Part shown: piece after piece, positions 24,931-37,779 of the stretch | How positions within the stretch are numbered: position 1 is the first letter of the stretch | How the letters are laid out: every line of letters begins with the position of its first letter | Source of the DNA: Octopus bimaculoides | Taxonomy: Eukaryota | DNA: 64,000 nt | Assembly (NCBI RefSeq): GCF_001194135.2 | Contig: NC_068984.1 | Coordinates: 75,883,832-75,947,831, forward strand | Reading direction: 5' to 3' | Notes under the pieces: generated by a model | The model's database searches: none | Seen by the model: the letters and a program-made list of their open reading frames with translations, nothing else | Told to the model about the DNA's origin: nothing | Program-made: the position numbers and the translations under genes

Positions 24931-25671
24931 AGTGACATACATACATACATCCATCCATACATACATACATACATACATACATAGCATTTACAATTGTAGC
25001 CCAAAACACAAAAGCCAGATCCCAACACGTGAGTCAAACACGAATTCATGCTCTGCTGTCTTTGAAAAGGACACGTTGGATAATGTCATCCTGGATCCTT
25101 TAAATGTAGAGAAATGGCGAGATAGTCACAGCTTGAAATATCATTGCTCATAGTCTGCTCGAACTGATTTTACCTGTGGCTAAATAGCAGCCACACCACT
25201 AACACCAACAATAACAACAACATCGTATCTATCACTTGTTTGACGACTATGTTACCGTTTACACCAAATTGCCTGTGGACAAATACGACTGTCAAAATCA
25301 CAAATATAAACATCTTATTTATTGAATAACATTAACAATTTAGGATTTAGCTCAAATGAAACAATGTTATAAATTTAAATATTTCAGGTAGGTGGAGATG
25401 TAGTGAATGACGTACGCAAAAAAGTTCCTCATGGAATTTTTTTGGTCCATGTTATTCGGGACTTCACCACCTACCTACATACCTAGCTACATACATATGT
25501 GTGTATAATACTTGCGTGTGTGTGTGTGTGTATAGATATATACCTATACATATATATTGTTATATATACCTATATATAAATATGTGTGTGTTTGTATATA
25601 AGTATAAGCATACACACACGCATAATTATATGCCAAGATAGAGAGAGAGAGAGAGATAGGTAGACAGATAG

Positions 25672-25702
<31 letters not shown>

Positions 25703-26037
25703 GATAGATAGATACATATATACATACATACATACATACATACATACATACATACATACATGTGTGTGTGAAAAGTATATGACTGTGTATATGCAAATGT
25801 ATGTGCGCACGTATGCATATATTTATACTCTTTCTTATTCTCTCACAACCAGCAATACCAGATATAAATCACACCTGGCTGCTGTGTATAACTAGAATGA
25901 GATATCATCATATATTATAGCGAAAGGTGGACAGTGATGACAGCTATAGGTAAAGGAGAGGCAGGAAAGAAAAATCCAGGTGTGAAGATGGAACAGTTCC
26001 TTACACACGTAAAAATACTTACATGAACACACACACA

Positions 26038-26091
<54 letters not shown>

Positions 26092-26334
26092 ATATACATA
26101 CACGCACATGTATGTATATATATCTATATACACATACATACGTTTATATACATAATTGCATACACACATGACAGAAGTATATACACACATACACACACAC
26201 ACATATATGTACACAAACACATTACATGCATAAGGACATACATGTATACATGTATACATACATACATACATACATACATACATACATACATTTATATATA
26301 GGCCATAAAAAGTCAGATGGTATGAGAGCTCTCT

Positions 26335-26740
26335 TTTACTCTCTTTTACTTGTTTCAGTCATTTGACTGCGGCCATGCTGGAGCACCGCCTTTAGTCCAG
26401 CAAATCGACCCCAGGACTTATTCTTTGGAAGCCTAGTACTTATTCTATTATTCTCTTTTGCCGAACCGCTAAGTTACGGGGACGTAAACACACCACCGTC
26501 GGTTGTCAGGCGATGCTGGGGGACAAACACAGACACACAAACATATACACACACATACATATATATATACATATATACGACGGGCTTCTTTTTAGTTTAC
26601 GTCTATCAAATTCACTCACAAGGCTTTGGTCGGCCCGAGGCTATAGTAGAAGACACTTGCCCAAGGTGCCACGCAGTGGGACTGAACCCGGAACCATGTG
26701 GTTTGTAAGCAAGCTACTTACCACACAGCCACTCCAACGC
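26335..26740 (-). mobile_element. Near-complete bipartite SINE (CORE-like head, CA/TA middle, tail)
   Basis: Minus strand: tRNA-like head, ggttcagtcccactgcgtggcaccttgggcaagtgtct, microsatellite, then tail ending gactgaaacaagtaaaagagagtaaaagag. Confidence 0.88.
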
Positions 26741-26758
26741 CTGAATATATTTATTTAA

Positions 26759-26936
26759 CCACTTGATATACCTAGGGTTATGGCCGTTTCCCAGCCTTCG
26801 TCATGTAATGATAATTTCAGCGTATAATAAATTATATCACATACTATACCAGTATGTATGCTACACATTGTACTGTACAGTGTGTATTATACGATGAAGG
26901 CTGCGAAACAACCGTAATCCTACGGATATCAAGTGG
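26759..26936. mobile_element. piggyBac-type MITE (TTAA TSD)
   Basis: TTAA|CCACTTGATAT...ATATCAAGTGG|TTAA; ~45-bp imperfect TIRs. Confidence 0.85.
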
Positions 26937-27194
26937 TTAAATGAAGCTCTCATACCGCCAGACTTTTTATGGTCTATATACTCCTCATGAAATAATTTCA
27001 TCGATTGGATCTTCTGGATTTCAGCTGCATAGGGCTCTGCATTTTACTCTTCCGTATTGGATTACTACGTAGTATGATAACCGGGTCCAATAAAGGAGCT
27101 ATCTGTGACTGACACAGGATACTATGAATCCATATATTGCACTACAAAAATACGTGTATGCGTGTATCTGTATGTGTGTGTGTGTGTGTGTTTA

Positions 27195-27236
<42 letters not shown>

Positions 27237-27259
27237 CGCGCGCGCGTATTCTATAAGGC

Positions 27260-27810
27260 TTGAACTTTCATTATAGTAGTATCTATGGAAGACCGGTGGG
27301 ATTATTATTTATACGGACTTAAAGATTGATCGCAATTTAGCATATAATTTAGTTATTGCAGTTTATTATTAATACCGAAGCAATGTACATTGGTTTATAT
27401 GTCTCATTGTTATAGTTTTATTAAAGTTAGTGTTTAATCCTGCCTATATATTGATTGATTGAAATAAAATGGTTATTCAGCTTTCACTTTTATATTACAC
27501 TACGGAAGACGGTAGGAACTATAACTTTTGTATGAATTAATAGAGTTGTCGCTGTTTAGTTACGTATTTAGGAGTTGGTTGTAATTTACTTTTTGAATTT
27601 ATTTACCGGTACGGTTGTACATAGGATAAATATGTTTGAAAGTTGTGGTTTCTTTGGTTTGTTTGTTCTCAAACAACACTTATTTTAGAGCTGTTTAGAA
27701 TTGAATGGCACTGCTCAGGTGTCGAAACCATAATGATATCCGTGGGGCAGTTGATGATGGAGGTATTTTGGATTGTTGGTATGGCTGTGGAATAATATTA
27801 TAACATCCTT
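27260..27810 (-). mobile_element. Possible highly decayed PLE endonuclease region
   Basis: Minus-strand NQYIGR motif in AT-rich, coding-like sequence; weak. Confidence 0.3.
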
Positions 27811-28379
27811 TTGATATATATATATATANNNNNNNNNNNNNNNNNNNNNNNNNNNNNNNNNNNNNNNNNNNNNNNNNNNNNNNNNNNNNNNNNNNNNNNN
27901 NNNNNNNNNNNNATATATGTATATATATTCACAATAGAATGCCTTTATTTCAATTTTTATTTATTCCATCTCGAACCATATTTTCCCCGACCGATAGGCC
28001 TCTCGATCAGGACGGATTGTTTGGGTGGGGGGCGGGTTATTTATAAATTCTCGAGCTTGGGGTTCTTCACTCCCTGTGGTTTTGCAGCTGTTGGATGACC
28101 GTTGTCTCAACAAAGCTCATTGACATGTTTTGTGTTTTTATCCTGCATGGTGTCCAACTAAAACCACTCCCCTTACTAAGCTGGCCCCGTAGGTTTACCG
28201 GTTAAGTCGCCGACGGCCCGACCATAGGAGAGGTTGTATTGAGTTACATGTTATTAGTAGCACTAACTGTGACCTGACATTCATACATGCATACATACAT
28301 TCTCACATAGATATGTACTTGCAAACTTATATATGTCACTCAATATGGCAAGTGAGTAATAAATCAGAATAACAAAGCA

Positions 28380-28480
28380 CAAAATACCTTGTGACATTTA
28401 CCTACGACTCTTAAGTTTCTGAGTTCGATTCACAACGAGATCCACTTTACCTCTCATCTTTTTGAGATTGATAAAATATG
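28380..28480 (+). mobile_element. Family B SINE fragment (degenerate)
   Basis: ctgagttcgattc..cactttacctctcatctttttgagattgataaaata resembles the family B core. Confidence 0.6.
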
Positions 28481-28539
28481 TATATATTGCTAAAATAGTT
28501 ACTGAAGTCGATGTGGTAGGGTATATATATGTGGTGGGA

Positions 28540-28675
28540 ATGAAGGCGCATGGATCAGTGGTTAGAGCATCGAGCTTACGATCGTGAGGTTGTGAGTTCG
28601 GTTCCCGGACAGGGCTGCGTGTTGTGTTCTTGAGCAAGACACTTTATTTCACGTTACTCCAGTTCACTCAGCCAT
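28540..28675 (+). mobile_element. tRNA-derived SINE (family D) 5' part
   Basis: ggcgcatggatcagtggttagagc..gtgagttcggttcc..gtgttcttgagcaagacacttt; inverted relatives at 29565-29672 and 57075-57207. Confidence 0.75.
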
Positions 28676-28999
28676 CATTGTTACATGGAATGATTGATAA
28701 TTGCGATGTTTCCGTATTAAATTAATGGCAACATGATAAATTCGAAACCAAAGAGTATATATACATTGACAAACATATATACATACATATACACATGCAC
28801 ATACATATATATATATATATATTAATATCTATATGCCCATGTATATATATACATATATATATGTATGTATATATATACATATATATATACATATACATAT
28901 ATACATATACATATATACATATACATATATACATATATATACATATATATATACACATATATAAATACATATATATATACATCTATAATATAAATCCCG

Positions 29000-29083
<84 letters not shown>

Positions 29084-29716
29084 GATAAAAGTTACTTGGA
29101 AATGGATGCGTGGCGTTCAATCATATAATAATATAAATACCATATATATGCATATGTACATACTTACATATATACGTATATACATATGCATATGTGGACA
29201 CAGGACGTCACAGAACGTAAACAACATAAAATACTAAAATATGAAATACGAAATACGAATACATGGAACATGAACATTTTTTGCGAACAATAAAAGAAAC
29301 AAATGGAAAACAAGACAAGCAACATAACGAACGACCCTTCATCAGTTGTCGGCTGTTTTTCTAATCCGTATTTCGAGGTCATTCCCAAATCAGTACGATC
29401 TGGTAACTTGGACCCCTCTTTCGCTAATTGTTTTAGGTGCCTATGTAGTCGTGAGCAGATACAGGCACATTCTCGGACTTTCACCCTTGACCTAGCGGAG
29501 CATTGAGGAACTAAATGTTGATGGAAGGTTGAACTGATATGCATTTACAAAGTAGACTGAAGTAACGAAAAATCAAGAGCCTTTCTCAAGGACATAACGT
29601 GCTGGGCTATCCAGAAATCGAACCCATAATGTTATTGTCCCAACACTCTACCCACTAGGTCATGCGCCGCCTTAGATTCCTATCTATATTCTTACACACA
29701 CGTACACGCATAAAGT

Positions 29717-29785
<69 letters not shown>

Positions 29786-30312
29786 GGGATGAAAGAGGGG
29801 GTAATATAATTGTGTGTATATGCATGTGTATATATACGCACATATACAGGCAAACATACATACATACATACATACATACATGCATACATACATACAAATA
29901 CTAAGTCATATACATTATGAGGCATACACGTACACATACGTATACACAAACACTCAAAGACGCAGAGAGAAAAGGAACGCCATAAATATGGTGTATCAGG
30001 TATGTAGTATAATAAATATGAGAACCCTAATGAGTAAAGTTAGTCGAGTGAGTCAGGACGTGGGATGGGCTTCTAGAGAAATCAAAAGACCATCAGGTGT
30101 TTGTTCGTGTGAGATATGTCAAGTCAGAGGATGTGTAACGGACGTATTTGAAGATTTGATGAGAAAATATGGGAGAATGGGTGGAAAATGAGCAACAGTT
30201 GAATGCTGTATCATGAGCAGCAGGTGGTGGTTAATGATAAAAACTGGATGGAGTTCTTTAGTTTAGATTGTCATTGTAACTCGTATAGGAACTGGAGTAA
30301 AAGTTATGACTG

Positions 30313-30425
30313 CTGTTACACGTTGCCGCTGCAGTTGTTGCTGCTGCTGTTGCTGCTACTGTCGCTGCTGCTGCTGCTGCTGCTGCTGTTGTTGCTGTTG
30401 GTGTTGTTGTTGTTGTTGTTGCGCT
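30313..30425. repeat. (CTG/TTG)n trinucleotide tract
   Basis: Direct; source of the poly-L and poly-C ORFs. Confidence 0.9.
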
Positions 30426-30542
30426 TGCAGTCTAGCAGCATGGTCTACATCGAATGAAAGAAACCTGCTTACTATCAAAGTTAAGCGTTAGTCTAGTAGC
30501 GAATACCCCATCTTTCGTTTAAGCATCATTATGTATCTAAAG

Positions 30543-30800
30543 CAGTGGTTTCCAAACTTTTTCAGGCTGCCGCCCCCTTGGTTCTAAGGCGACATTCCTA
30601 GAGACCCGCCACCACCACCACCACTCACCATCACAGACATAGACCATTTTCTGCAGCAAATCCAAAACAACACTATTTCACAAATAAAACTAAACCTAAT
30701 TAACCTTTTGCTTTATTTGTTTTTTTACATCCATTGCCCCATTATCGCCCCATTTTTCTTCAAAGCCTGGATCTTTCCACTGCCCCCAGGGGGAAGGACA
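30543..30800 (+). mobile_element. hAT-like MITE left part
   Basis: Starts CAGTGGTTTCCAAACTTTTT; gcccccagggg motif before a SINE interrupts it; right TIR not seen. Confidence 0.45.
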
Positions 30801-30807
30801 CCAATAA

Positions 30808-31012
30808 TAATAATCCTTTATTCTATAGCCACAATGCCTGGCATTTGGGGGTGGGGGGTAATCGATTATATCGACCCAGTACTCAACTGGTACTTAATTT
30901 ATCGACCACGAAAGCATGAAAGGCAAAGTCAACCTCGGCAAAATTTGAACTCAGAACGTAGTGATGGGCAAAATACCGTTAAGCATTTTGCCCGGTGTGC
31001 TAACGATCACCG
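30808..31012 (-). mobile_element. Family B SINE
   Basis: Reverse complement of the core (actggtacttaatttatcgacc..aaaggcaaagtc..tttgaactcagaacg). Confidence 0.85.
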
Positions 31013-31038
31013 CATTAGTAGTATTAATAATAATAATG

Positions 31039-31125
<87 letters not shown>

Positions 31126-31128
<3 letters not shown>

Positions 31129-31627
31129 GGAATAACAACAGAAAAAAGATGGTATAAACACACGCCAGAAAAGGTCACAGAAAACGAGAAAGCAACCATA
31201 CTCTGGGATATGCCAATACACACAGATAGAGAAATTAAGGCAAATAGACCAGATATAGTTGTCAAAGATCATGAAGAAANNNNNNNNNNNNNNNNNNNNN
31301 NNNNNNNNNNNNNNNNNNNNNNNNNNNNNNNNNNNNNNNNNNNNNNNNNNNNNNNNNNNNNNNNNNNNNNNNNNNNNNNNNNNNNNNNNNNNNNNNNNNN
31401 NNNNNNNNNNNNNNNNNNNNNNNNNNNNNNNNNNNNNNNNNNNNNNNNNNNNNNNNNNNNTATATATAACATACAGAAAATTGCACTACTGGGTACTGCA
31501 CACATTCTACGCAAAACACTTTCAATACAGTAAACATAAGAGCACCACAGCAAACCACAGCACATACCCAAGGCGCACAGAGCTGCGCTCGGTAGTGAAG
31601 TGAAAGCACGTTATAAAAATAAAACTA

Positions 31628-31631
<4 letters not shown>
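31126..31631 (+). mobile_element. 5'-truncated R4/Dong-like retrotransposon in a (TAA)n tract
   Basis: WYKHTPEKVTENEKATILWDMPIHTDREIKANRPDIVVKD...IQKIALLGTAHILRKTLSIQ*; (TAA)n on both sides (31025-31125, 31631-31682). Confidence 0.9.
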
Positions 31632-31718
<87 letters not shown>

Positions 31719-31769
31719 TCTTGGTATAAAAGATGGGCTACAGCAAATATTCTGCTCAATACCACAGAA

Positions 31770-32640
31770 TACCTAATCTATTCAATTCTAATTGTTCTTT
31801 TCAGGGCGCACCACTATTTGTTGTTGAGGATTGATTCCGTTAACGCCCGCTCAACTAATTCACTAATCCGGTTTTTGTAAGCTCGGCACGCTGGAAGTGA
31901 TGCGTTCAGCTTCCGGTAACAGGGTCCCTGCCTACGTAGTCTAAGCCGACCGCACAAATCACAAATTTGTCTTCTTTGCAGTCGACTATCTTAAAAAGTG
32001 GACAACTTATACTATCCTTATCTTTTGGTCTACAGAATATTCTATCTAGATACGACCTGGGTGACCCTATACAGTTAGACCAGGTCTACACTGGCACATT
32101 CGGGAAATCCAGCGGGTACCTGTCAGACAGCTAAAAACGTCTGAGCAGGTTTGCAAGGCTTTTGCACCCTACTCCTCTCTCCGCTAGCCCCACATGATCC
32201 AAACGTGACTCTAAGATAACGTTCCAATAGCCCATAAGCACTAAAGGACGAGACATTCCTAGGAAAACGTCCAGATGTTTGAAAAAAGTCCAGCTGTCCT
32301 ACTCCTGTCGGAGCATAGACAGCCACCTGTCTGAAGGCATGCCCGTCGCTACTACTCGCATCCAAGACCACCAGCTTACCTTCTGGCTCCAGGAAGACAG
32401 TCCTTATCTTGAGATTCAGACCTCTCCGGATTAACACTATCGTTCCATCTCTCACTCCCGGTTGACATGGAGATAGATATATCTCGTATCCACCGAAAAT
32501 GGGCATGAAAGCTTGTCGGTCGGAGATTCTGGTTTCACTAATAGCCACTACATCGACACTTAATGACCTGAGGTCGTTGAGTAGATGGCCTTGTTTCCAA
32601 GGCTACCCTAGGTCACGTGCATTTATATTGCCTAATCTGA
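31770..32640 (-). mobile_element. L1/Tx1-like LINE ORF2 N-terminus (APE endonuclease), decayed
   Basis: RLGNINARDLG..HLLNDLRSLSVDVVAISETRIS..GKLVVLD..FRQVAVYAP..LVLMGYWNVILE..YRKLNASL..KWW-like; frameshifts and stops. Confidence 0.85.
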
Positions 32641-32649
32641 GCAGGGTCA

Positions 32650-32907
32650 TGTAAGATCAAAGTACAGAAGTGGAAGAGGGTACTTACTTAATGCTAATTA
32701 TTGTTGGGTCCTTGTGGATAGAATGGGAAAGCATCAAGAGGAATATAAAGGAAATCGGAATAACGTTCCCAGTAGAGCTAATACAAAAGACTTACTCTCT
32801 TGGCACGGCCAGAATAATCAGGAAAGTATTAGATAGTTGAAGCATGACATGGTACCATAGGCTGCAGGTAGCAAGCTCGCTAGTTTCAGCAAAACCTGGC
32901 TTACAAA
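32650..32907 (+). mobile_element. RLE-type retrotransposon 3' end followed by (TAG)n
   Basis: LIIVGSLW..KEIGITFPVELIQKTYSLGTARIIRKVLDS*; (TAG)n at 32908-32963. Confidence 0.75.
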
Positions 32908-32964
<57 letters not shown>

Positions 32965-33634
32965 CAGCAGCAATCATTATATACAAACCAGCAGCCAGGA
33001 ATGTGTTTAGTATGTCAGTTGGTCTATCCAATAGTGTTACACCGCTAAACTCAGTGGACATTTAAGCAATGTGATCGTGAATGGTTAATGAGTTGGATGT
33101 GGCCTGATGAAGGAGCAATAACTCCTGAAATATGCATATATATATATACATATATATACATATATATACATATATNNNNNNNNNNNNNNNNNNNNNNNNN
33201 NNNNNNNNNNNNNNNNNNNNNNNNNNNNNNNNNNNNNNNNNNNNNNNNNNNNNNNNNNNNNNNNNNNNNNNNNNNNNNNNNNNNNNNNNNNNNNNNNNNN
33301 NNNNNNNNNNNNNNNNNNNNNNNNNNNNNNNNNNNNNNNNNNNNNNNNNNNNNNNNNNNNNNNNNNNNNNNNNNNNNNNNNNNNNNNNNNNNNNNNNNNN
33401 NNNNNNNNNNNNNNNNNNNNNNNNNNNNNNNNNNNNNNNNNNNNNNNNNNNNNNNNNNNNNNNNNNNNNNNNNNNNNNNNNNNNNNNNNNNNNNNNNNNN
33501 NNNNNNNNNNNNNNNNNNNNNNNNNCACACACACACACACACACACATACATACATACATACATACATACATACATACATACATACATACATACATACAT
33601 ACATACATACATGAAACAAAAAGAAAGCAGCTCC

Positions 33635-33943
33635 GTATTAAATAAGGTATCGGCTAACATTAAATATCAATTGAATAAATATAAAAATACATATTTTCCC
33701 AATCAATGACAGAAAATCATTTAACAATATTATTGAAGATATTTTACGCAATATCTTCACGCGACTTCTTTCTAATAAACGCTTAGTTATTAGTATAACG
33801 TCTAAAATTTTAGTTTAAACTATAGCATCGTGGAGATAAGTATTGCTTTTATCTTCAATAATATTCTATCATTGAATGGGAAAATATGTATCTTTAAATT
33901 AATTCAATTGATATTTAATGTTAGCCGATACCTTATTTAACAC
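33635..33943. repeat. AT-rich inverted repeat (~110-bp arms)
   Basis: ttaaataaggtatcggctaacattaaatatcaattgaat.. is mirrored at 33860-33943. Confidence 0.85.
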
Positions 33944-34741
33944 TAAGTTAATAGTATAAAGTTTATCATTTTAGTTTAAACCAAAACTTCGATTAGATTA
34001 GTGTTGCATTTATTTCCAATAATATTGTTCAATATTTCTTTTTTATTTATGGGATAAATAAGTAGTTTTTTTTTATATATAATTTCTTTAATTATTAGTT
34101 AATATTCTAATTAAGGTTAAGTTAATAGTACAACATTTAAATTTTTATTTAAACTAAAGATTCGATTAGATAAGTCTTGTATTTCTTTTCAATAATTCTT
34201 TTAAATGTTTTTTTCTTTTATTTAAAGGTGATATAGTTATTTTTATATAAATTAATTTATATAAATGAATTTTTTCTTAGCTTATATTAAAATTAAAGTC
34301 ATAATTATGCGCTCGTGTTGGAAGTATGAGCATTTTATGAAAATTCTGTTAAGACCTGACACTGTAAGGGTGAAAGGAGAGTGATTTTGGTTTGTGTCTT
34401 ATCTTAAACGACTGGAATTTTTGAAAAACGCTTATCTTAAATGCTAAATGAGAACAAGCTGGCAGGGGAGAATGTCCTTTCACTATTACCGCTAACAAGA
34501 CGATCGACCGAGGCAACATTTCCAATCCCGACCTGGAGGTGAACCAAGAGGTTATTCTATCGCTAGTGTGATGGATAATGAGCTGTACCGTGACATGGAC
34601 GGATGACTAGAAGATGACTTCTGAGGCTCCTTTCATTGCCAGCTTAGGAAAGAGAAAACCCCGATGAATCGTTAAATAACAATGAAACTAGCAGCATCCT
34701 CATACCAAGTTGTGGAAAAGGCCCGTGTGGGCCTAGTGGGC

Positions 34742-34806
<65 letters not shown>

Positions 34807-35499
34807 ATAATAACTATGTATATTGTATTATATATAATATACATACACAAGAACTCACCCTCAACCTCACTATTACGTTGCCATCTCCTTCATCATTGGC
34901 GCCTCTCTAAAATTCCATCAAAATTCCTCAAATCTTCATTTTGCTAATACATCTGTTAATTTTAGTTACCTCCCTTGCATTCGATTCTATTGCTATAAAC
35001 ACTTTCGTAACATCAGTTTTGAATGTCTATAATCAATGAAGTTAATCGGTTGGAATACTCGATCATTATTCACTGATAGATTATATTTAGCTGAGTGACA
35101 TTACGAGACCAATTTTTGATACAAGGAAGCACAATTTTCTTTCGCTTGGTTCCTGAAGTCATCCTGAAATCATCATTCCAAGGTAATGAATGTCATAAAT
35201 TTTAGATCATTAGCTTTTGGTTAAGAAGGTCATACATCTGAGGGCATAAAACTCGTAAATCAGAGCTCATAAAGGTCGTACATTTTAAGGTGATAAATGA
35301 CATATATTTAATGTCATTTACGTCGAAGATTAAAAGACATAAATCTAAGATCAGAAAAATCATAATGATCATGAATGTGGAGTCATAAAGGTCGTAGATC
35401 TATGACCTTGCTATGAACTTCTTAAGAAGAAATCAATATACTACAGATAATACACTCAGACAACTATATCTTCTTACTAGTAATGTTGCTCCAGTAAGA

Positions 35500-36380
35500 A
35501 CTTGTAGTTTATTGAAAACTTTGTTATTAAAGAGTGTCAGAAGCACTCATAATACTGCTTATTATTGCTTTGCATTGTTTCCATAAATTTCGGAAGTGAC
35601 ACGAGTACAGGATATTGACAAACTGCAAAGACGGTGAAATGCACATCTCTCGCTTTCACAGTCATTTTCGGGCGACTTCGTTTCGCCTAGCAGTGAAGTA
35701 TATTATGTCTTTTAACACAAAGCATCTATAAAATAATTTTTTGCCGAACGAAAACCGCAGCTGCTAGCTTTTCAATGATACACATTTGTTAAGTATGTAA
35801 TATAAATAATGATTTTGCTCTAGAACTGCAAACTGGATCATTCGAATTTTATTCAGCCTAAGTGGTGTCATTAAAAGGCTGTGTATTGTTTATGCTCTGT
35901 CTCAATATACTTCAGACAGACCGAATTGACTTCGTTTCATAAGTGACACGATAATGTGACATTGACAAACAGCAAAAATGGCGAAATGTACATCTGTCGC
36001 TCCGCGATTACTTCAGAAGAGAATTCGCATCTGAAGTATACTGCGCTTTCTAACACAATACGCCTATAAAGGGATATTTTCTTGGACAAAAACTGCAGCT
36101 TCTGATTTTCCAGCAACATGCAAACGTTGTGTGGCTTCGTGATGGGGGGGGGGATATTGTATTCATGATCATAAGATTGTGCTTACTATTTCCGAACTGG
36201 ACTATGCATTTTGTTCTTGAACAAAACACTTCTTTTCGCGTTGCTCTACGATCACGTGACACACCAGGCACCTATACATGCAGTGTCAATTTGATGGAGG
36301 GAGTGAGAAAATGTACAGCACCAACATACGATTACTATAAACAAATCATTTTTGCAGGTTGTCCAGCAAGAAATTGCGGG
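35500..36380 (+). repeat. Diverged ~320-350-bp tandem units, related to 41740-42050
   Basis: Shared blocks: aagt(g/c)acacga, (a/c)tggc.aaat, cg.ga.tacttc, tgaagtata, ga..aaaac.g.ag. Confidence 0.65.
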
Positions 36381-37779
36381 AAGCCTCATTTGTCGTCTAC
36401 GACTGAATGTCCACCATATATATGTAAGGAACGACCGTGCGAACTCAAAAAGGAGAAATGGTGACGAATGGAAAAACAGAGGACTCCTTTTATTTAAACG
36501 CGTCGCACGGTCGAACACAAAATTATATATATCAAATGATGATATACATGATATGTTATACGACGATAACATAGATGCCCAGTAATGAAAGACCACAACC
36601 GTATAAGATGAATAACAGAAATATTTATTGTGGCATTAAAGTGTATGTCTGTGTGAGAGTGTGAATGCGACATATAAGAACATAATCAAAGACANNNNNN
36701 NNNNNNNNNNNNNNNNNNNNNNNNNNNNNNNNNNNNNNNNNNNNNNNNNNNNNNNNNNNNNNNNNNNNNNNNNNNNNNNNNNNNNNNNNNNNNNNNNNNN
36801 NNNNNNNNNNNNNNNNNNNNNNNNNNNNNNNNNNNNNNNNNNNNNNNNNNNNNNNNNNNNNNNNNNNNNNNNNNNNNNNNNNNNNNNNNNNNNNNNNNNN
36901 NNNNNNNNNNNNNNNNNNNNNNNNNNNNNNNNNNNNNNNNNNNNNNNNNNNNNNNNNNNNNNNNNNNNNNNNNNNNNNNNNNNNNNNNNNNNNNNNNNNN
37001 NNNNNNNNNNNNNNNNNNNNNNNNNNNNNNNNNNNNNNNNNNNNNNNNNNNNNNNNNNNNNNNNNNNNNNNNNNNNNNNNNNNNNNNNNNNNNNNNNNNN
37101 NNNNNNNNNNNNNNNNNNNNNNNNNNNNNNNNNNNNNNNNNNNNNNNNNNNNNNNNNNNNNNNNNNNNNNNNNNNNNNNNNNNNNNNNNNNNNNNNNNNN
37201 NNNNNNNNNNNNNNNNNNNNNNNNNNNNNNNNNNNNNNNNNNNNNNNNNNNNNNNNNNNNNNNNNNNNNNNNNNNNNNNNNNNNNNNNNNNNNNNNNNNN
37301 NNNNNNNNNNNNNTGGCCGCCGAGTTAAAGCTATTTATAACAAACTATCGGCTCCCGATGGCTTCAGAAACATACTCTATCACGTGACCTTATTAGGGGC
37401 CGTGATTGGTCAGTTTGCGTTCTGGCGGGAACGGTTCGAAGAAGTTGCCGCTTCGAATATTAATCAGTCACGTGATGACAAGGAGATGGGTTCTCCGCTA
37501 CGCCCGCTTGTTTATATTTAAATGAGAAGATTGTATGTAATGGCGATAGTAGTTTTGTATCTAATGGCGATAGGTAGTTTCGTATGTAATGGCGATCGAG
37601 GTGTTAGTTTCACTACATATATATATATATAGTTGTCCGAAGGCGTTTTATAACTCATGGAAAAAAGAGGCACAATATTCAGAATAAGGTAACACAGTGG
37701 GAATATTACTTATTCAGAATTATAAATTATACTCCATGAACAAACACCAAAAGTGTTGAATGCCATTTCATACAGCTAT

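Noticed and set aside
29330-29350. CTGATGA hammerhead core (minus strand); also at 40554 and 43177
   Set aside because: No correctly placed stem II plus GAAA, or stem I does not pair.
30203-30491. Poly-L and poly-C proteins; poly-I, poly-N and poly-M ORFs at 30708-31880
   Set aside because: Translations of trinucleotide microsatellites.
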